Source: Planctomycetales bacterium (GTDB lineage: Bacteria; 4484-113; JAFGCY01). Taken from it: a stretch of DNA of 32,000 nt. Each line of letters opens with the position of its first letter. The first letter of the stretch is position 1. The stretch is taken from NCBI GenBank assembly GCA_022646745.1, contig CP060262.1, positions 3,510,001 through 3,542,000 on the forward strand, given 5' to 3'. This document shows, piece by piece, positions 1-8,332 of the stretch. A program made the translations under genes and the position numbers. The notes below the pieces were generated by a model. The model ran no database searches. It saw only the letters and a list, made by a program, of their open reading frames with translations, and was not told where the DNA came from.

Positions 1-1
1 C

Positions 2-244
2 GTGCCGAAGCTGATGGCGGATACGATGGACATGCACCCGCTGACGGTGATCCTCGCGATCATGATCGGCGGCACGCTGGGCGGGATCCCCGGCCTGTTC
101 GTGAGCATCCCGGTGGCGGCGATGATCAAGGTGCTGCTGAAGATCTTCTACTTCCGCATGGCGGAGCCGGGCATCGAGGTGCCCGAGGAACTGGGGATGG
201 AGCGCGAACTGTCCGCCGCTGCCGACACCACGGAAGCGCTCTAG
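2..244 (+). CDS. AI-2E family (PerM/UPF0118-like) transporter, C-terminal fragment; the 5' end lies outside the window
   Basis: The frame is open from the window edge to TAG at 242-244. The translation HPLTVILAIMIGGTLGGIPGLFVSIPVAAMIKVLL looks like the glycine-rich last TM segments of AI-2E/PerM permeases, followed by an acidic tail. Confidence 0.55.
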   Translation: MPKLMADTMDMHPLTVILAIMIGGTLGGIPGLFVSIPVAAMIKVLLKIFYFRMAEPGIEVPEELGMERELSAAADTTEAL

Positions 245-1041
245 CTGCCGACCACCCCGTCCATTGGTGAGCTCGCACTGGCATAGCGCCGGCGGGCGAT
301 ACGCCCGGCGAGCCAGGCATTGCGGCCGGCCTCGATCCCCTGTGCCATCGCCGTTGCCATCATGGCCGGGTCCTTGGCCATCGCGATCGCCGTGTTGATC
401 AGGCAGGCATCGGCACCGAGCTCCATTGCCAGCGCTGCATCTGAAGGGGCACCGATGCCGGCGTCGACGATGATCGGCACCTTGCCACCGAGTTCCTCGA
501 TGATGAACTGCAGGCCACTGAAGTCGGGCAGGCCCTGCCCGCTGCCGATCGGCGAGGCGAGCGGCATCACGGTGTCGGCCCCGGCCTCGAACAGACGGCG
601 GGCCACGATCGGGTCCTGGCTGGTGTAGGGCAGTACGATGAAGCCCTCATCCTTGAGGATCTTCGTGCCTTCTACAGTGGCGCTGACATCCGGCAGGAGC
701 GTCTTCTCGTCGCCGAGCACTTCAAGCTTGATCCAGTTCGTGCCGGTGGCGGCGCGGGCCAGCCGGGCTGTGCGCAGCGCGCTGTCCAGGTCGAAGCAGC
801 CGGCGGTGTTTGGCAGCAGCTGGATGCGCGAGAGGTCCATGTAGTCGATGAAGTTCTTCTCACTGCGCTTCTCGTCAAGGTCGATGCGGCGCACGGCGAC
901 GGTCACGCACTCAGTGCCGCCGGCCGCGAATGCCGACACCATCGTGTCCGGGTCCGGGAACTTGCCGGTCCCCATGAACAGGCGGCTCGTGAAGGTACGG
1001 CCGCCGATGACGAGCTGATTGTCAACACCTGTCTGGGTCAT
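241..1041 (-). CDS. thiG: thiazole synthase ThiG
   Basis: The translation MTQTGVDNQLVIGGRTFTSRLFMGTGKF...NWIKLEVLGDEKTLLPD...VMPLASPIGSGQGL...PIIVDAGIGAPSDAALAMELGADACLINTAIA matches ThiG over its full length. The start is placed at the ATG at 1039-1041, preceded by GGAGGA (reverse complement of 1049-1054), not at the upstream-extended ORF start at 1122. The stop is TAG at 241-243. Confidence 0.93.
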   Translation of the reverse strand: MTQTGVDNQLVIGGRTFTSRLFMGTGKFPDPDTMVSAFAAGGTECVTVAVRRIDLDEKRSEKNFIDYMDLSRIQLLPNTAGCFDLDSALRTARLARAATGTNWIKLEVLGDEKTLLPDVSATVEGTKILKDEGFIVLPYTSQDPIVARRLFEAGADTVMPLASPIGSGQGLPDFSGLQFIIEELGGKVPIIVDAGIGAPSDAALAMELGADACLINTAIAMAKDPAMMATAMAQGIEAGRNAWLAGRIARRRYASASSPMDGVVGS

Positions 1042-1190
1042 CTGGAATCCTCCGGCTGATTGCCACCGGAAGATTAACACAGGTATCCCGCGCCGACGGT
1101 GACAACGGACCCGCAATTGCATATACTGGACGCAGCAAGCTGAGACCGGGCTGCACGGACAGGACAGAATTCCACGCCCGGGGGACGGAC

Positions 1191-1877
1191 ATGATGACTG
1201 GTACGAGCGGTGGGCAGAACATGAGCTGCCCGGAATGCGGGGGGATGATGGAGCTGCGCCTCGGGCGCTGGGACTGTTCCCGCTGCGGACATGTGATTGA
1301 ACCTGATAAGCCCGTTGGAATCGATGTCGGCTCGCCGGCTGACAGCGTCAACCGGGCGAAGCTGATCAGGCGAGCGGATGACCCGGTGCCCATGAGCGGG
1401 GACTCCAGCAAGCTGGAGTCAAGGCTGCACCTGATGAAGCAGGCCCAGCCCTACTCACTCGCTGTCCGGCTGTCCTGCCTCGGCGGGCAGCTGCTGGTGG
1501 TGGCGGTGAGCCACATGTACATACTGATGCGCGGCGAGGTCGGCAGCTGGCTGGAAAGCGGGCAGATCGGTCTGAGGCTGGCGCTCCAGGCGGTGTATGT
1601 GCTGCTTATCTGCGTCGGCCTGTTCTGGCGCGAACTGCCAACCAAGTACTTCGCGCTTGCGCTGAACATCCTGGTGTTCATCGGGCTGTTCGCGATGGTG
1701 CTGATGCAGTATGGCCTGCTGCCTCGACCGGACAGCTTCTACAACTCGATCTTCCCATCAATGCCGGAATGGTACTGGGTCGTGCTGCTGTTCCTGCATA
1801 CCAGCCTGATGTTCGTGATCTTCACCGTGATCAGGCAGGACCTTGAATCCCGGGTTTCCCCGGGGGATGGCAGATGA
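1191..1877 (+). CDS. zinc-ribbon (CPxC...CxxCGH) N-terminal domain fused to about 4 TM helices; hypothetical membrane protein
   Basis: The N-terminus reads SCPECGGMMELRLGRWDCSRCGH, followed by four long hydrophobic segments. It is paralogous in architecture to the next gene. The start is uncertain (ATG at 1191, 1194 or 1221). Confidence 0.6.
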   Translation: MMTGTSGGQNMSCPECGGMMELRLGRWDCSRCGHVIEPDKPVGIDVGSPADSVNRAKLIRRADDPVPMSGDSSKLESRLHLMKQAQPYSLAVRLSCLGGQLLVVAVSHMYILMRGEVGSWLESGQIGLRLALQAVYVLLICVGLFWRELPTKYFALALNILVFIGLFAMVLMQYGLLPRPDSFYNSIFPSMPEWYWVVLLFLHTSLMFVIFTVIRQDLESRVSPGDGR

Positions 1878-1914
1878 GCGATCCTATGGCTGAAATGGAT
1901 AAGAGGAACTGACA

Positions 1915-2547
1915 ATGGCTGAGACACGCAACTGCCCGCAGTGCGACATGATGATGGACTACCGCCTCGGTGAGTACGAATGCCCGTCCTGTGGACACCG
2001 GGAAAGCAGCAAGCCGGCTGAGGCCCCGGCGGAGCAACGCAAGGCCAGCGGCCCGGGATTCAAGGCCACCCCTCCCCCGCCCCCCGGCATGCAGGTGCCC
2101 GGGATGCCCGGCTCGAGCATGGGCGGCTACCACGGCAGCCCGATTGAGCCGCAGCCGCGCCAGAAGGATCCCGGACTGGAGATGGAGAAGAAGGGCATCC
2201 TGGCCTACTACGTGCTGCAGAACTTGATCATCCTCAGCTGGGCCTACTCCTCTCCCGGATCAGCGCTGGCGGATCGCGTCGGCTTCATGTTCCTGATGGC
2301 GCTGCCGCTGATCCTCGGTTTCGTGCTGCTGTTCTTCATCCTGCAGACCGACCAGGACTGGCTGCGATACACCTGCATGGGCTGCATCGGTCTTGGCATC
2401 CTGCTGAACATTTACACACTGGTCGGGCCAGGAGTGATGAACCAGACGATGCTGCTGACGCCGGCGATGCAGTACACCAATTCGCTTCTGAGCCTGGCGT
2501 ACGGCATCTGGCTGGTCACGATCCTCTACCGCGACATGCAACGCTGA
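1915..2547 (+). CDS. zinc-ribbon N-terminal domain, Pro-rich linker and about 4 TM helices; paralog of the preceding gene
   Basis: NCPQCDMMMDYRLGEYECPSCGH has the same Cys spacing as the 1191 gene. It is followed by a PPPPPGMQVPGMPG linker and four hydrophobic segments. AGGAAC lies upstream of the ATG. Confidence 0.65.
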   Translation: MAETRNCPQCDMMMDYRLGEYECPSCGHRESSKPAEAPAEQRKASGPGFKATPPPPPGMQVPGMPGSSMGGYHGSPIEPQPRQKDPGLEMEKKGILAYYVLQNLIILSWAYSSPGSALADRVGFMFLMALPLILGFVLLFFILQTDQDWLRYTCMGCIGLGILLNIYTLVGPGVMNQTMLLTPAMQYTNSLLSLAYGIWLVTILYRDMQR

Positions 2548-2577
2548 GCCGCAGGGCATCGCGGCTATAATCAGGGA

Positions 2578-3219
2578 ATGGCTTTGCTGTCGCAGGAATT
2601 GAACGACTACATCGTCGGGCAGACACGCTTTGATGATCCGATCGTCCTCGAGATGGAGGAACGCGCAGCGCGTGACGGCTTCCCGATCATCGGCCCGGCA
2701 GTCGGGCCCTGGCTGTACTTCTTCACGCGGTTGCTGAAGGCCAGCCACGTGTTCGAGATGGGCAGCGGCTTCGGCTATTCCACCTGGTTCTTCGCCAGGG
2801 GGATCAAGGACAATGGCGGCGGCACCGTGACGCATACCGTGTGGGACGAGGGCCTGAGCCGTGATGCACGCGGCTACCTCGAGCGCAGCGGGCTGGCGGA
2901 CCAGTGCGACTTCCAGGTGAGCGAGTCGGTGCTGGCGCTGAGTGGTGCTGCGAGCGGGATCGACATCATCTTCTGCGACATCGACAAGGAGATGTACCCG
3001 AACGCGCTGGACGTGGTGGAAAGCAAGCTCAAGCCAGGCGGGCTGTTCATCTGTGACAACCTGCTGTGGGACGGCAAGGTGATGGCAGCGACAGCTGAAG
3101 GCGACGAGGCCACGGCCGGGGTGAAGGAGATCACGCGCATGCTGCGTGAGTCGCCGCGCTGGGACTTCCTGCTGACCCCGCTGCGCGACGGCGTGGGCTT
3201 CGCGCGCTTCAACGGATGA
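2578..3219 (+). CDS. cation-dependent class I SAM-dependent O-methyltransferase (family 3, CCoAOMT/YrrM-like)
   Basis: SAM motif I is present as VFEMGSGFGYST. The metal and catalytic signatures IFCDIDKEMY and LFICDNLLWDGKV correspond to the FxDADKxxY and DNxLWxGxV hallmarks of this family. Its length of 213 aa is typical. Confidence 0.85.
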   Translation: MALLSQELNDYIVGQTRFDDPIVLEMEERAARDGFPIIGPAVGPWLYFFTRLLKASHVFEMGSGFGYSTWFFARGIKDNGGGTVTHTVWDEGLSRDARGYLERSGLADQCDFQVSESVLALSGAASGIDIIFCDIDKEMYPNALDVVESKLKPGGLFICDNLLWDGKVMAATAEGDEATAGVKEITRMLRESPRWDFLLTPLRDGVGFARFNG

Positions 3220-3983
3220 AGCAGGGAACGGAAGCCAGGCGGATCCTAGATGGCATCAGCTGCCGGACGCCGCACTCCGTTCCAGTACGCAAAGCTGAGC
3301 CCGGACCTCCGTTCTGGGAACAGGACTGGCAACTCAACAAGCCACTGCCCTACCTCGCAACCGGCCTGCCGTGCTTCCCTGAACTGGCCAGGCAGATGCT
3401 GCTGGAGCAGTTCCCGGAGGCAGCCGGGCTTGAGCGCATTGCCGACCTTGACCTGCCGCAGCAGGAAATCCTGGTGGCTGCCGTTGCCAGTATCCACGGC
3501 CCCAGCGGAGCAATCAACCTGATTGACAGTGAATTGATCGATGACCGCTTCAGCCCTGTGCGGAAAATGCTGTCAAAAGATGTGACTGAAAGGCAGCGGC
3601 AACGCCGCAGAGCGGTGATGGATATTGCCAGCACCATATCGATGAAGGTCAAGGAACCCCTATCCGCCCGTTCCACGGGCATGGCGGCTGTGCTGCTGCA
3701 TATCAGCATCTACATCGCGCTGCTGGTATTCAGCTTCGGCATTGCCAGGATCAGCAGTCTCGGCCAGTTGCCCGGCGGGAATGCAATTCCGTTCCTGATG
3801 AACATTGTGGCCTTCTGGATCATATCCCTGTGGCTCAACCCCTTTCGCCGGAGCCGGGATGAGCAGTTGCCAGTCTGGCTGGCAATGTTCCTGTGCATCC
3901 GTGAGGCGGACCGCACGCTGGAGCAGCGGGAGCAGGAACGTAACCAGGAACGGGCAATGCGCAGGCGCAGGCAGGGGAACTGA
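3216..3983 (+). CDS. hypothetical 2-TM protein, possibly a highly diverged member of the downstream array family
   Basis: ATGA start/stop overlap with the methyltransferase gene. It has a soluble N-terminal part of about 150 aa and two hydrophobic helices (MAAVLLHISIYIALLVFSFGIA and IPFLMNIVAFWIISLWL). These are followed by LAMFLCIREAD, positionally equivalent to LALYISFTDEF, and then a charged tail. Confidence 0.55.
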   Translation: MKQGTEARRILDGISCRTPHSVPVRKAEPGPPFWEQDWQLNKPLPYLATGLPCFPELARQMLLEQFPEAAGLERIADLDLPQQEILVAAVASIHGPSGAINLIDSELIDDRFSPVRKMLSKDVTERQRQRRRAVMDIASTISMKVKEPLSARSTGMAAVLLHISIYIALLVFSFGIARISSLGQLPGGNAIPFLMNIVAFWIISLWLNPFRRSRDEQLPVWLAMFLCIREADRTLEQREQERNQERAMRRRRQGN

Positions 3984-4030
3984 AATGGACAGGGGGAGAC
4001 AGTACCAACAGGCTTGGCAGGGGGAAGGCG

Positions 4031-4738
4031 ATGCTGGCTGACAAGCCCTGGTATGACTACGAAGCGCTGCGGCATATCACGCTCGGTGAACTGAAGACGC
4101 GCCAGTGGATGATCACGAATGAGCAGGCCCGCGTGATTGCGCAGCGGCTGTGGAAGATCACGGAGGACAGCTGGAATCGGGGCCGGCGGCGGCGCATCTG
4201 GAACAACCCGAATGACGAATGGACGGCGATGCGCTTCGTCTCGGGAGCGAGTGGCAGCCTGCCCCACAGCATCAATGAGCTGCGCGGGGTGGACTTCGGC
4301 GACCTGATCGTGGAGGGGCCGGATCGCCTGCGCGAGTGCATTGCCAGGATGAATCCGTTGATGCAGCTGTTCAAGGGCCGGCCGCGGCTGCGCAATACCG
4401 AGGACTGCGCGGACTTCATCGTGCACTACCTGGAATTCATCAGGTATCCCGGCACCAGCCTGACAATGCCCTTCATCCTGGAAGCGATCTGGTGGATTGC
4501 AGTGCTGGGTTTCGTGCCGTTCTGGTTCTGGCTGCAAGGCAGCGCCGGACGGGGCCAGGTCAGCAATGAAGTGATCATCATGGCAATTGCCGCGGTGGCC
4601 GGTGCCAGCCTGCTGACAGCCCACAACAATGGCCGGGCCCGGGTGCGGGCAATGGCGGTGTACATCTCCTTCACGGATGAGTTCATCGAGAGCGATGCGC
4701 CGATGGATGGCAACCTGCCACAGGGCCCGGGCTGGTGA
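4031..4738 (+). CDS. array paralog P1 (soluble N-domain, 2-TM hairpin and YISFTDEF tail)
   Basis: Motifs: DKPWYDYEAL..LGELKTR, ELRGVDFGDLIVEGPDRL, YLEFIRYP, two TM segments, AVYISFTDEFIE, C-terminal GPGW. GGGGAAGG lies upstream of the ATG. Confidence 0.85.
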   Translation: MLADKPWYDYEALRHITLGELKTRQWMITNEQARVIAQRLWKITEDSWNRGRRRRIWNNPNDEWTAMRFVSGASGSLPHSINELRGVDFGDLIVEGPDRLRECIARMNPLMQLFKGRPRLRNTEDCADFIVHYLEFIRYPGTSLTMPFILEAIWWIAVLGFVPFWFWLQGSAGRGQVSNEVIIMAIAAVAGASLLTAHNNGRARVRAMAVYISFTDEFIESDAPMDGNLPQGPGW

Positions 4739-5445
4739 TGGGCATGATGCAGGGAAAACCGACTTATGACGTAACGCTGCTCAGGCATGTCACGATCGGT
4801 GAGCTGAAGGAGCGCATCGGCCGGATCAGCAATCCGCAGGCACGGCATATCGCGGTCGGGTTGTGGCAGGAACTGGCGGGCTGCTGGCGCGGGATGGATG
4901 CGCGGCAGCTCAGGGACAATGCGACGGTCGTGCAGGCGCTGGGCTGGCGGCCGCAGGCACTGGTCGAGCTTGTCAACGTGCTGCGCGGGATGGACTTCGG
5001 GCAGGTGATCATGGAGGGGCCGGAGGGGATGGATGAGTTCCTCGGACGCCTGCATCCACTGTGGCGGATGTTCATGCCGCCGCCGCACCTGCGCCGCAGC
5101 TTTGACAACGCACGGCGCCTGACGCGCTTCCTCGAGTTCTACATCAACCCGGATCGCAGCATGCCGGCCGGCGTGCTCAACTGGCTGAAGCTGCTTGGCA
5201 GCCTGCTCATCGGGCTGGCAATGCTGTACGGCGGGATGCTGTACCTGAAGACGCAGAACCAGCCGCCGCCCTGGAAGCTGGCGCTGGCCGGACTGCCGGC
5301 GATCCTCGTGAACATCGCCGCCGGCCGTGAGTTCCAGGCCTACTTCCGCCGGCGAGTGCTGGCGATCTACATCTCATTCACCGACGAATTCATGGATGAC
5401 GAGAAGCAGTATGACGGCCGCCTGCCGCGCGGCCCGGGCTGGTGA
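4735..5445 (+). CDS. array paralog P2
   Basis: Motifs: GKPTYD, GRISNPQARHIAVGLWQ, LRGMDFGQVIMEGPEGM, FLEFYINP, 2 TM, AIYISFTDEFMD, GPGW end. The GTGATG junction overlaps the P1 stop. The start may be ATG at 4738. Confidence 0.85.
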   Translation: MMGMMQGKPTYDVTLLRHVTIGELKERIGRISNPQARHIAVGLWQELAGCWRGMDARQLRDNATVVQALGWRPQALVELVNVLRGMDFGQVIMEGPEGMDEFLGRLHPLWRMFMPPPHLRRSFDNARRLTRFLEFYINPDRSMPAGVLNWLKLLGSLLIGLAMLYGGMLYLKTQNQPPPWKLALAGLPAILVNIAAGREFQAYFRRRVLAIYISFTDEFMDDEKQYDGRLPRGPGW

Positions 5446-6164
5446 GCATGCTGCAGCGCAAGCCCTACTACGATGAGCACGAGCTGGCGGGCATCTGCTT
5501 TGCGGAACTGCGCGGGCGGGTCGGCCGGATCAGCAACCAGCAGGCGCGGCATATCGCGGTGCGGCTCTGGCAGTTCCTGCAGAAGGCGGCGCAAAGTGAC
5601 GACACCTGGCAGACAGCGGTTGCCAGCCAGGACAGGCCGGGCTTCCTGCTGAAGACCCGCAAGCGCAGGCTGCTGCAGCTGCTGGAACAGCTGCGGGAGG
5701 TGGACCTGGGCGACATGCTGGTGGAGGGGCCGGAGTCGCTGCAGGAACGCTTCAGCCCGACGCATCCACTGGGCCGGCTGATCAGGCCGCAGTGGAAACC
5801 ACGAAACACTGACGACCTGGCGCGTTTCATGCTGGACCACCTGGAGTTCCTGATTGACCCATCCCGCCGCTCGAAGCTCACTGGATCACAGATTGGCAAG
5901 CTGCTGCTGATGATCGTTTCCCTGGCTACCGGCTTCTACTTCCTGCACAGCGTTGTCGGCTTCGCGGCCATTGGGAGCCCATTCTCAGTGCTGATCATCG
6001 TGGCGCTGCTTCTGCTGGTCGGCGCAGAGTATTTTGTGAGAATGAGCCAGGCATCCCCATACGAGACTGAGCAGGTGCTCGCCCTCTACATCTCGTTCAC
6101 CGATGAGTTCATTGACGACGAGCGGCAGTATGAGGACCCACTGGTCGTCAAGGGGGGCTGGTGA
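5442..6164 (+). CDS. array paralog P3
   Basis: Motifs: RKPYYDE, GRISNQQARHIAVRLWQ, LREVDLGDMLVEGPESL, HLEFLIDP, 2 TM, ALYISFTDEFIDDERQYED. The start is either GTG at 5442, overlapping the P2 stop, or ATG at 5448. Confidence 0.85.
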   Translation: MSMLQRKPYYDEHELAGICFAELRGRVGRISNQQARHIAVRLWQFLQKAAQSDDTWQTAVASQDRPGFLLKTRKRRLLQLLEQLREVDLGDMLVEGPESLQERFSPTHPLGRLIRPQWKPRNTDDLARFMLDHLEFLIDPSRRSKLTGSQIGKLLLMIVSLATGFYFLHSVVGFAAIGSPFSVLIIVALLLLVGAEYFVRMSQASPYETEQVLALYISFTDEFIDDERQYEDPLVVKGGW

Positions 6165-6871
6165 TGGATGTCGCCGCGGGCAAGCCCGGATACAGCGAGC
6201 GCGACCTTGATGAGATACGGGGCTCACATCTGCGGGCCCGGGTCGGTCGCATCAGCAACCAACAGGCGCGGCATATCGCGGTCGGACTCTGGCAGATCCT
6301 GGAGGGACAGGTCACCAGTGGCCGGGATAGTCCGACCCAGCTGCCTGACAACTGGAGCCTGCGCAAGCTGGCAATGGGGGGCGGGACACAGCTGCTGCTG
6401 CAGATGGACAAGCTGCAGTCTGTCGATTTCGGGGACATGGTTGTCATGGGCCCGGAATACATGGACGGCTTCCTGGATAACATGCATCCGTTCTACCGCC
6501 TGATTGTCAGCCCGCCTCCGGTGAAGAGCAGTTTTGACATAGCGAAGAGGCTGTATGACTACATGGAGTTTTACACTAACCCCGGCCAGAGCTTTCCGCA
6601 GGAGTTCATGAACAAGGTCCACCTGGTGCTTCTGTATGCCTTCGCCGCATTGGCAGGACTGGCGGAAAGGATGTTCAATACAAACGGAGACATAGACTGG
6701 CTGTTATTGATCATCTTCCTGATTGCCTGCGGTTTGATGCTGCTGTTGTCCTTTGGCCATGGCCGGGCCAGGCGGGTCCGCATCCTGGCACTGTTCATCT
6801 CCTTCACGGATGAGTTCATTGACGACGAACGGCAGTATGACGATCCGGCGGTGGAGGATCCGGGCTGGTGA
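6161..6871 (+). CDS. array paralog P4
   Basis: Motifs: GKPGYSE, GRISNQQARHIAVGLWQ, LQSVDFGDMVVMGPEYM, YMEFYTNP, 2 TM, ALFISFTDEFIDDERQYDD, DPGW end. GTGATG junction with P3. Confidence 0.85.
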   Translation: MMDVAAGKPGYSERDLDEIRGSHLRARVGRISNQQARHIAVGLWQILEGQVTSGRDSPTQLPDNWSLRKLAMGGGTQLLLQMDKLQSVDFGDMVVMGPEYMDGFLDNMHPFYRLIVSPPPVKSSFDIAKRLYDYMEFYTNPGQSFPQEFMNKVHLVLLYAFAALAGLAERMFNTNGDIDWLLLIIFLIACGLMLLLSFGHGRARRVRILALFISFTDEFIDDERQYDDPAVEDPGW

Positions 6872-6878
6872 GCGGCGC

Positions 6879-7631
6879 ATGGGAGAATCAGCGTTGATGG
6901 ATGGCAAAACCGCACTGCGTCGGGAGGGCAAGCCTGCGTATACGCAGGCGGACCTGCAGCGGATCACTGCAGGGGATCTCAGAGCGCGGCTGGAGCGGAT
7001 TGACAACCGGCAGGCGCATGCGATTGCGGCGAAGCTGTGGAAGGCGGTGGAGCTGCAGTACACCAACCAGTACGGCCAGCTGATGCTGAAGGATTCACAT
7101 ACGCTGCTGCGGATGGCCGGCAACTCGCTGCGCCACAGGCTGCTCGCCAGGCTGGAAGCTCTGCGGCGCGTGGACTTCGGCGACATCGTGGTGGAGGGGC
7201 CGCCGCGCATGGAGCTGATGATTGCCAACCTGCATCCCTTCGTGCGCTTCCTGCACCCGCCCCTGCGACTGAAGAAGACGGAGGACAGCGCGGCGCACCT
7301 GCTGCGCTACCTGGAATTCATCGAGAACCCGGAGCAGAGCGTGCCGGAGTCATTCCGCCGCAGCTGGCTGTTCGTGGGTGGGATGTTCGGCTTCCTGATC
7401 ATGCCGATGCTGATGCTGGTGTTGTTCATCGACAGGGTGCGGGAGGCAAAGTGGCTGCTGATCGTCGGCTTTGCGGTGATGCTTGGCGGCGTGATACTTT
7501 CGGGGTTCCAGCTGGCGGGTTTCGGCAGGCTGCGCACGATCTCGCTGTACATCTCGTTCACGGATGAGTTCGTAAACCTCGATGAAGAGCAGGAAATGGA
7601 GAGCGGTGAGCAGGGGGATGCGGAAGCATGA
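6879..7631 (+). CDS. array paralog P5
   Basis: Motifs: GKPAYTQADL, RLERIDNRQAHAIAAKLWK, LRRVDFGDIVVEGPPRM, YLEFIENP, 2 TM, SLYISFTDEFVNLDEEQ. The start is placed at ATG 6879 (or 6897), after the P4 stop. The ORF-track start at 6753 lies inside P4 and was not used. Confidence 0.82.
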   Translation: MGESALMDGKTALRREGKPAYTQADLQRITAGDLRARLERIDNRQAHAIAAKLWKAVELQYTNQYGQLMLKDSHTLLRMAGNSLRHRLLARLEALRRVDFGDIVVEGPPRMELMIANLHPFVRFLHPPLRLKKTEDSAAHLLRYLEFIENPEQSVPESFRRSWLFVGGMFGFLIMPMLMLVLFIDRVREAKWLLIVGFAVMLGGVILSGFQLAGFGRLRTISLYISFTDEFVNLDEEQEMESGEQGDAEA

Positions 7632-8332
7632 CGGGCAAGCCAGGCTATGACGAGGCCCGCCTGCAGGCGCTGACGGTGGCCGAGCTGCGGGACAGGCTCA
7701 GCCGGATTGACAACCCGACTGCGCTGGCGATTGCCACGAAGCTCTGGCAGGCGATGGAAAGCCTGTTCACCAACCAGTACGGCAGCAGCCTGATGCGCGA
7801 TGAATACAGCACCTGGCAGATTGCCGCACGCAACCGCCACAGGCTGCTCAGGCGGCTGGAGGCCCTGCGCCGTGTTGACATCGGCGACTTCCTCGCGGAG
7901 GGGCCGCAGCGGATGGACATGGCTTTGCAGCACCTGCATCCACTGGTGCGCCTGCTGCGGCCTGCACAGAAGGCGAAGCGCAGTGAGGACAGCGCGGACT
8001 GGCTGCTGCGCAACCTGGAGTTCGTGGAGGACCCTGAGCGGCAGTTCCCCGAGGGATTCGTGCGCAGCTGGATCTTCGGCGTCGGGATGTTCCTGACGAT
8101 GGCACTGCCGGTGCTGCTGGTGCTGCTGCTTGCCCCGCTGCTGGAGAACAAGGTAGTGCTGCTGCTGCCGACCTTCGTGATCCTTGTGACGGGGATCCTT
8201 GTTTCGGTGCTCCAGCTGCATGGCTACAGCGTGGTGCGGATCATGGCGGCCTATATCTCGTTCACGGATGAGTTTGTGAACCTCGATGGAGAGCAGGGAG
8301 CAGAAAGCAGGGAGCAGAGTGATGAGACCTGA
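7628..8332 (+). CDS. array paralog P6
   Basis: ATGA overlap with P5. Motifs: GKPGYDEARL, RLSRIDNPTALAIATKLWQ, LRRVDIGDFLAEGPQRM, NLEFVEDP, 2 TM, AAYISFTDEFVNLDGEQ. Confidence 0.85.
   Translation: MTGKPGYDEARLQALTVAELRDRLSRIDNPTALAIATKLWQAMESLFTNQYGSSLMRDEYSTWQIAARNRHRLLRRLEALRRVDIGDFLAEGPQRMDMALQHLHPLVRLLRPAQKAKRSEDSADWLLRNLEFVEDPERQFPEGFVRSWIFGVGMFLTMALPVLLVLLLAPLLENKVVLLLPTFVILVTGILVSVLQLHGYSVVRIMAAYISFTDEFVNLDGEQGAESREQSDET

Noticed and set aside
1042-1190. TPP (THI-box) riboswitch expected upstream of thiG.
   Set aside because: On the thiG (minus) strand I find only a vague ACCUG...CCGG-loop-CCGGAGGA resemblance to the 3' half of the THI box. The conserved CUGAGA element is absent; CTGAGA occurs only on the opposite strand, at 1140. 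A hairpin TCCGG-n10-CCGGA overlapping the SD exists, but that alone is insufficient. A covariance-model scan (Rfam TPP) would settle it.
6753-6878. Upstream-extended ORF-track starts for several genes: 6753, 8286, 10363, 13450, 15614, 16988 and 19456, plus 1122 for thiG.
   Set aside because: The extensions run through the 3' end of the preceding gene in another frame or add non-homologous residues. Family alignment, lipoprotein signal peptides or the thiG homology place the real starts further downstream.
7000-7005. A perfect TTGACA -35 hexamer recurs inside many array genes: 7000 and 7708, plus the equivalent positions near 10624, 11373, 12907, 13600, 14332 and 15015.
   Set aside because: It is simply the codons ATT GAC AAY of the conserved R-I-D-N motif. 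No -10-like hexamer lies at 16-18 nt downstream in the copies I checked (ATTGCG, ATTGCC).
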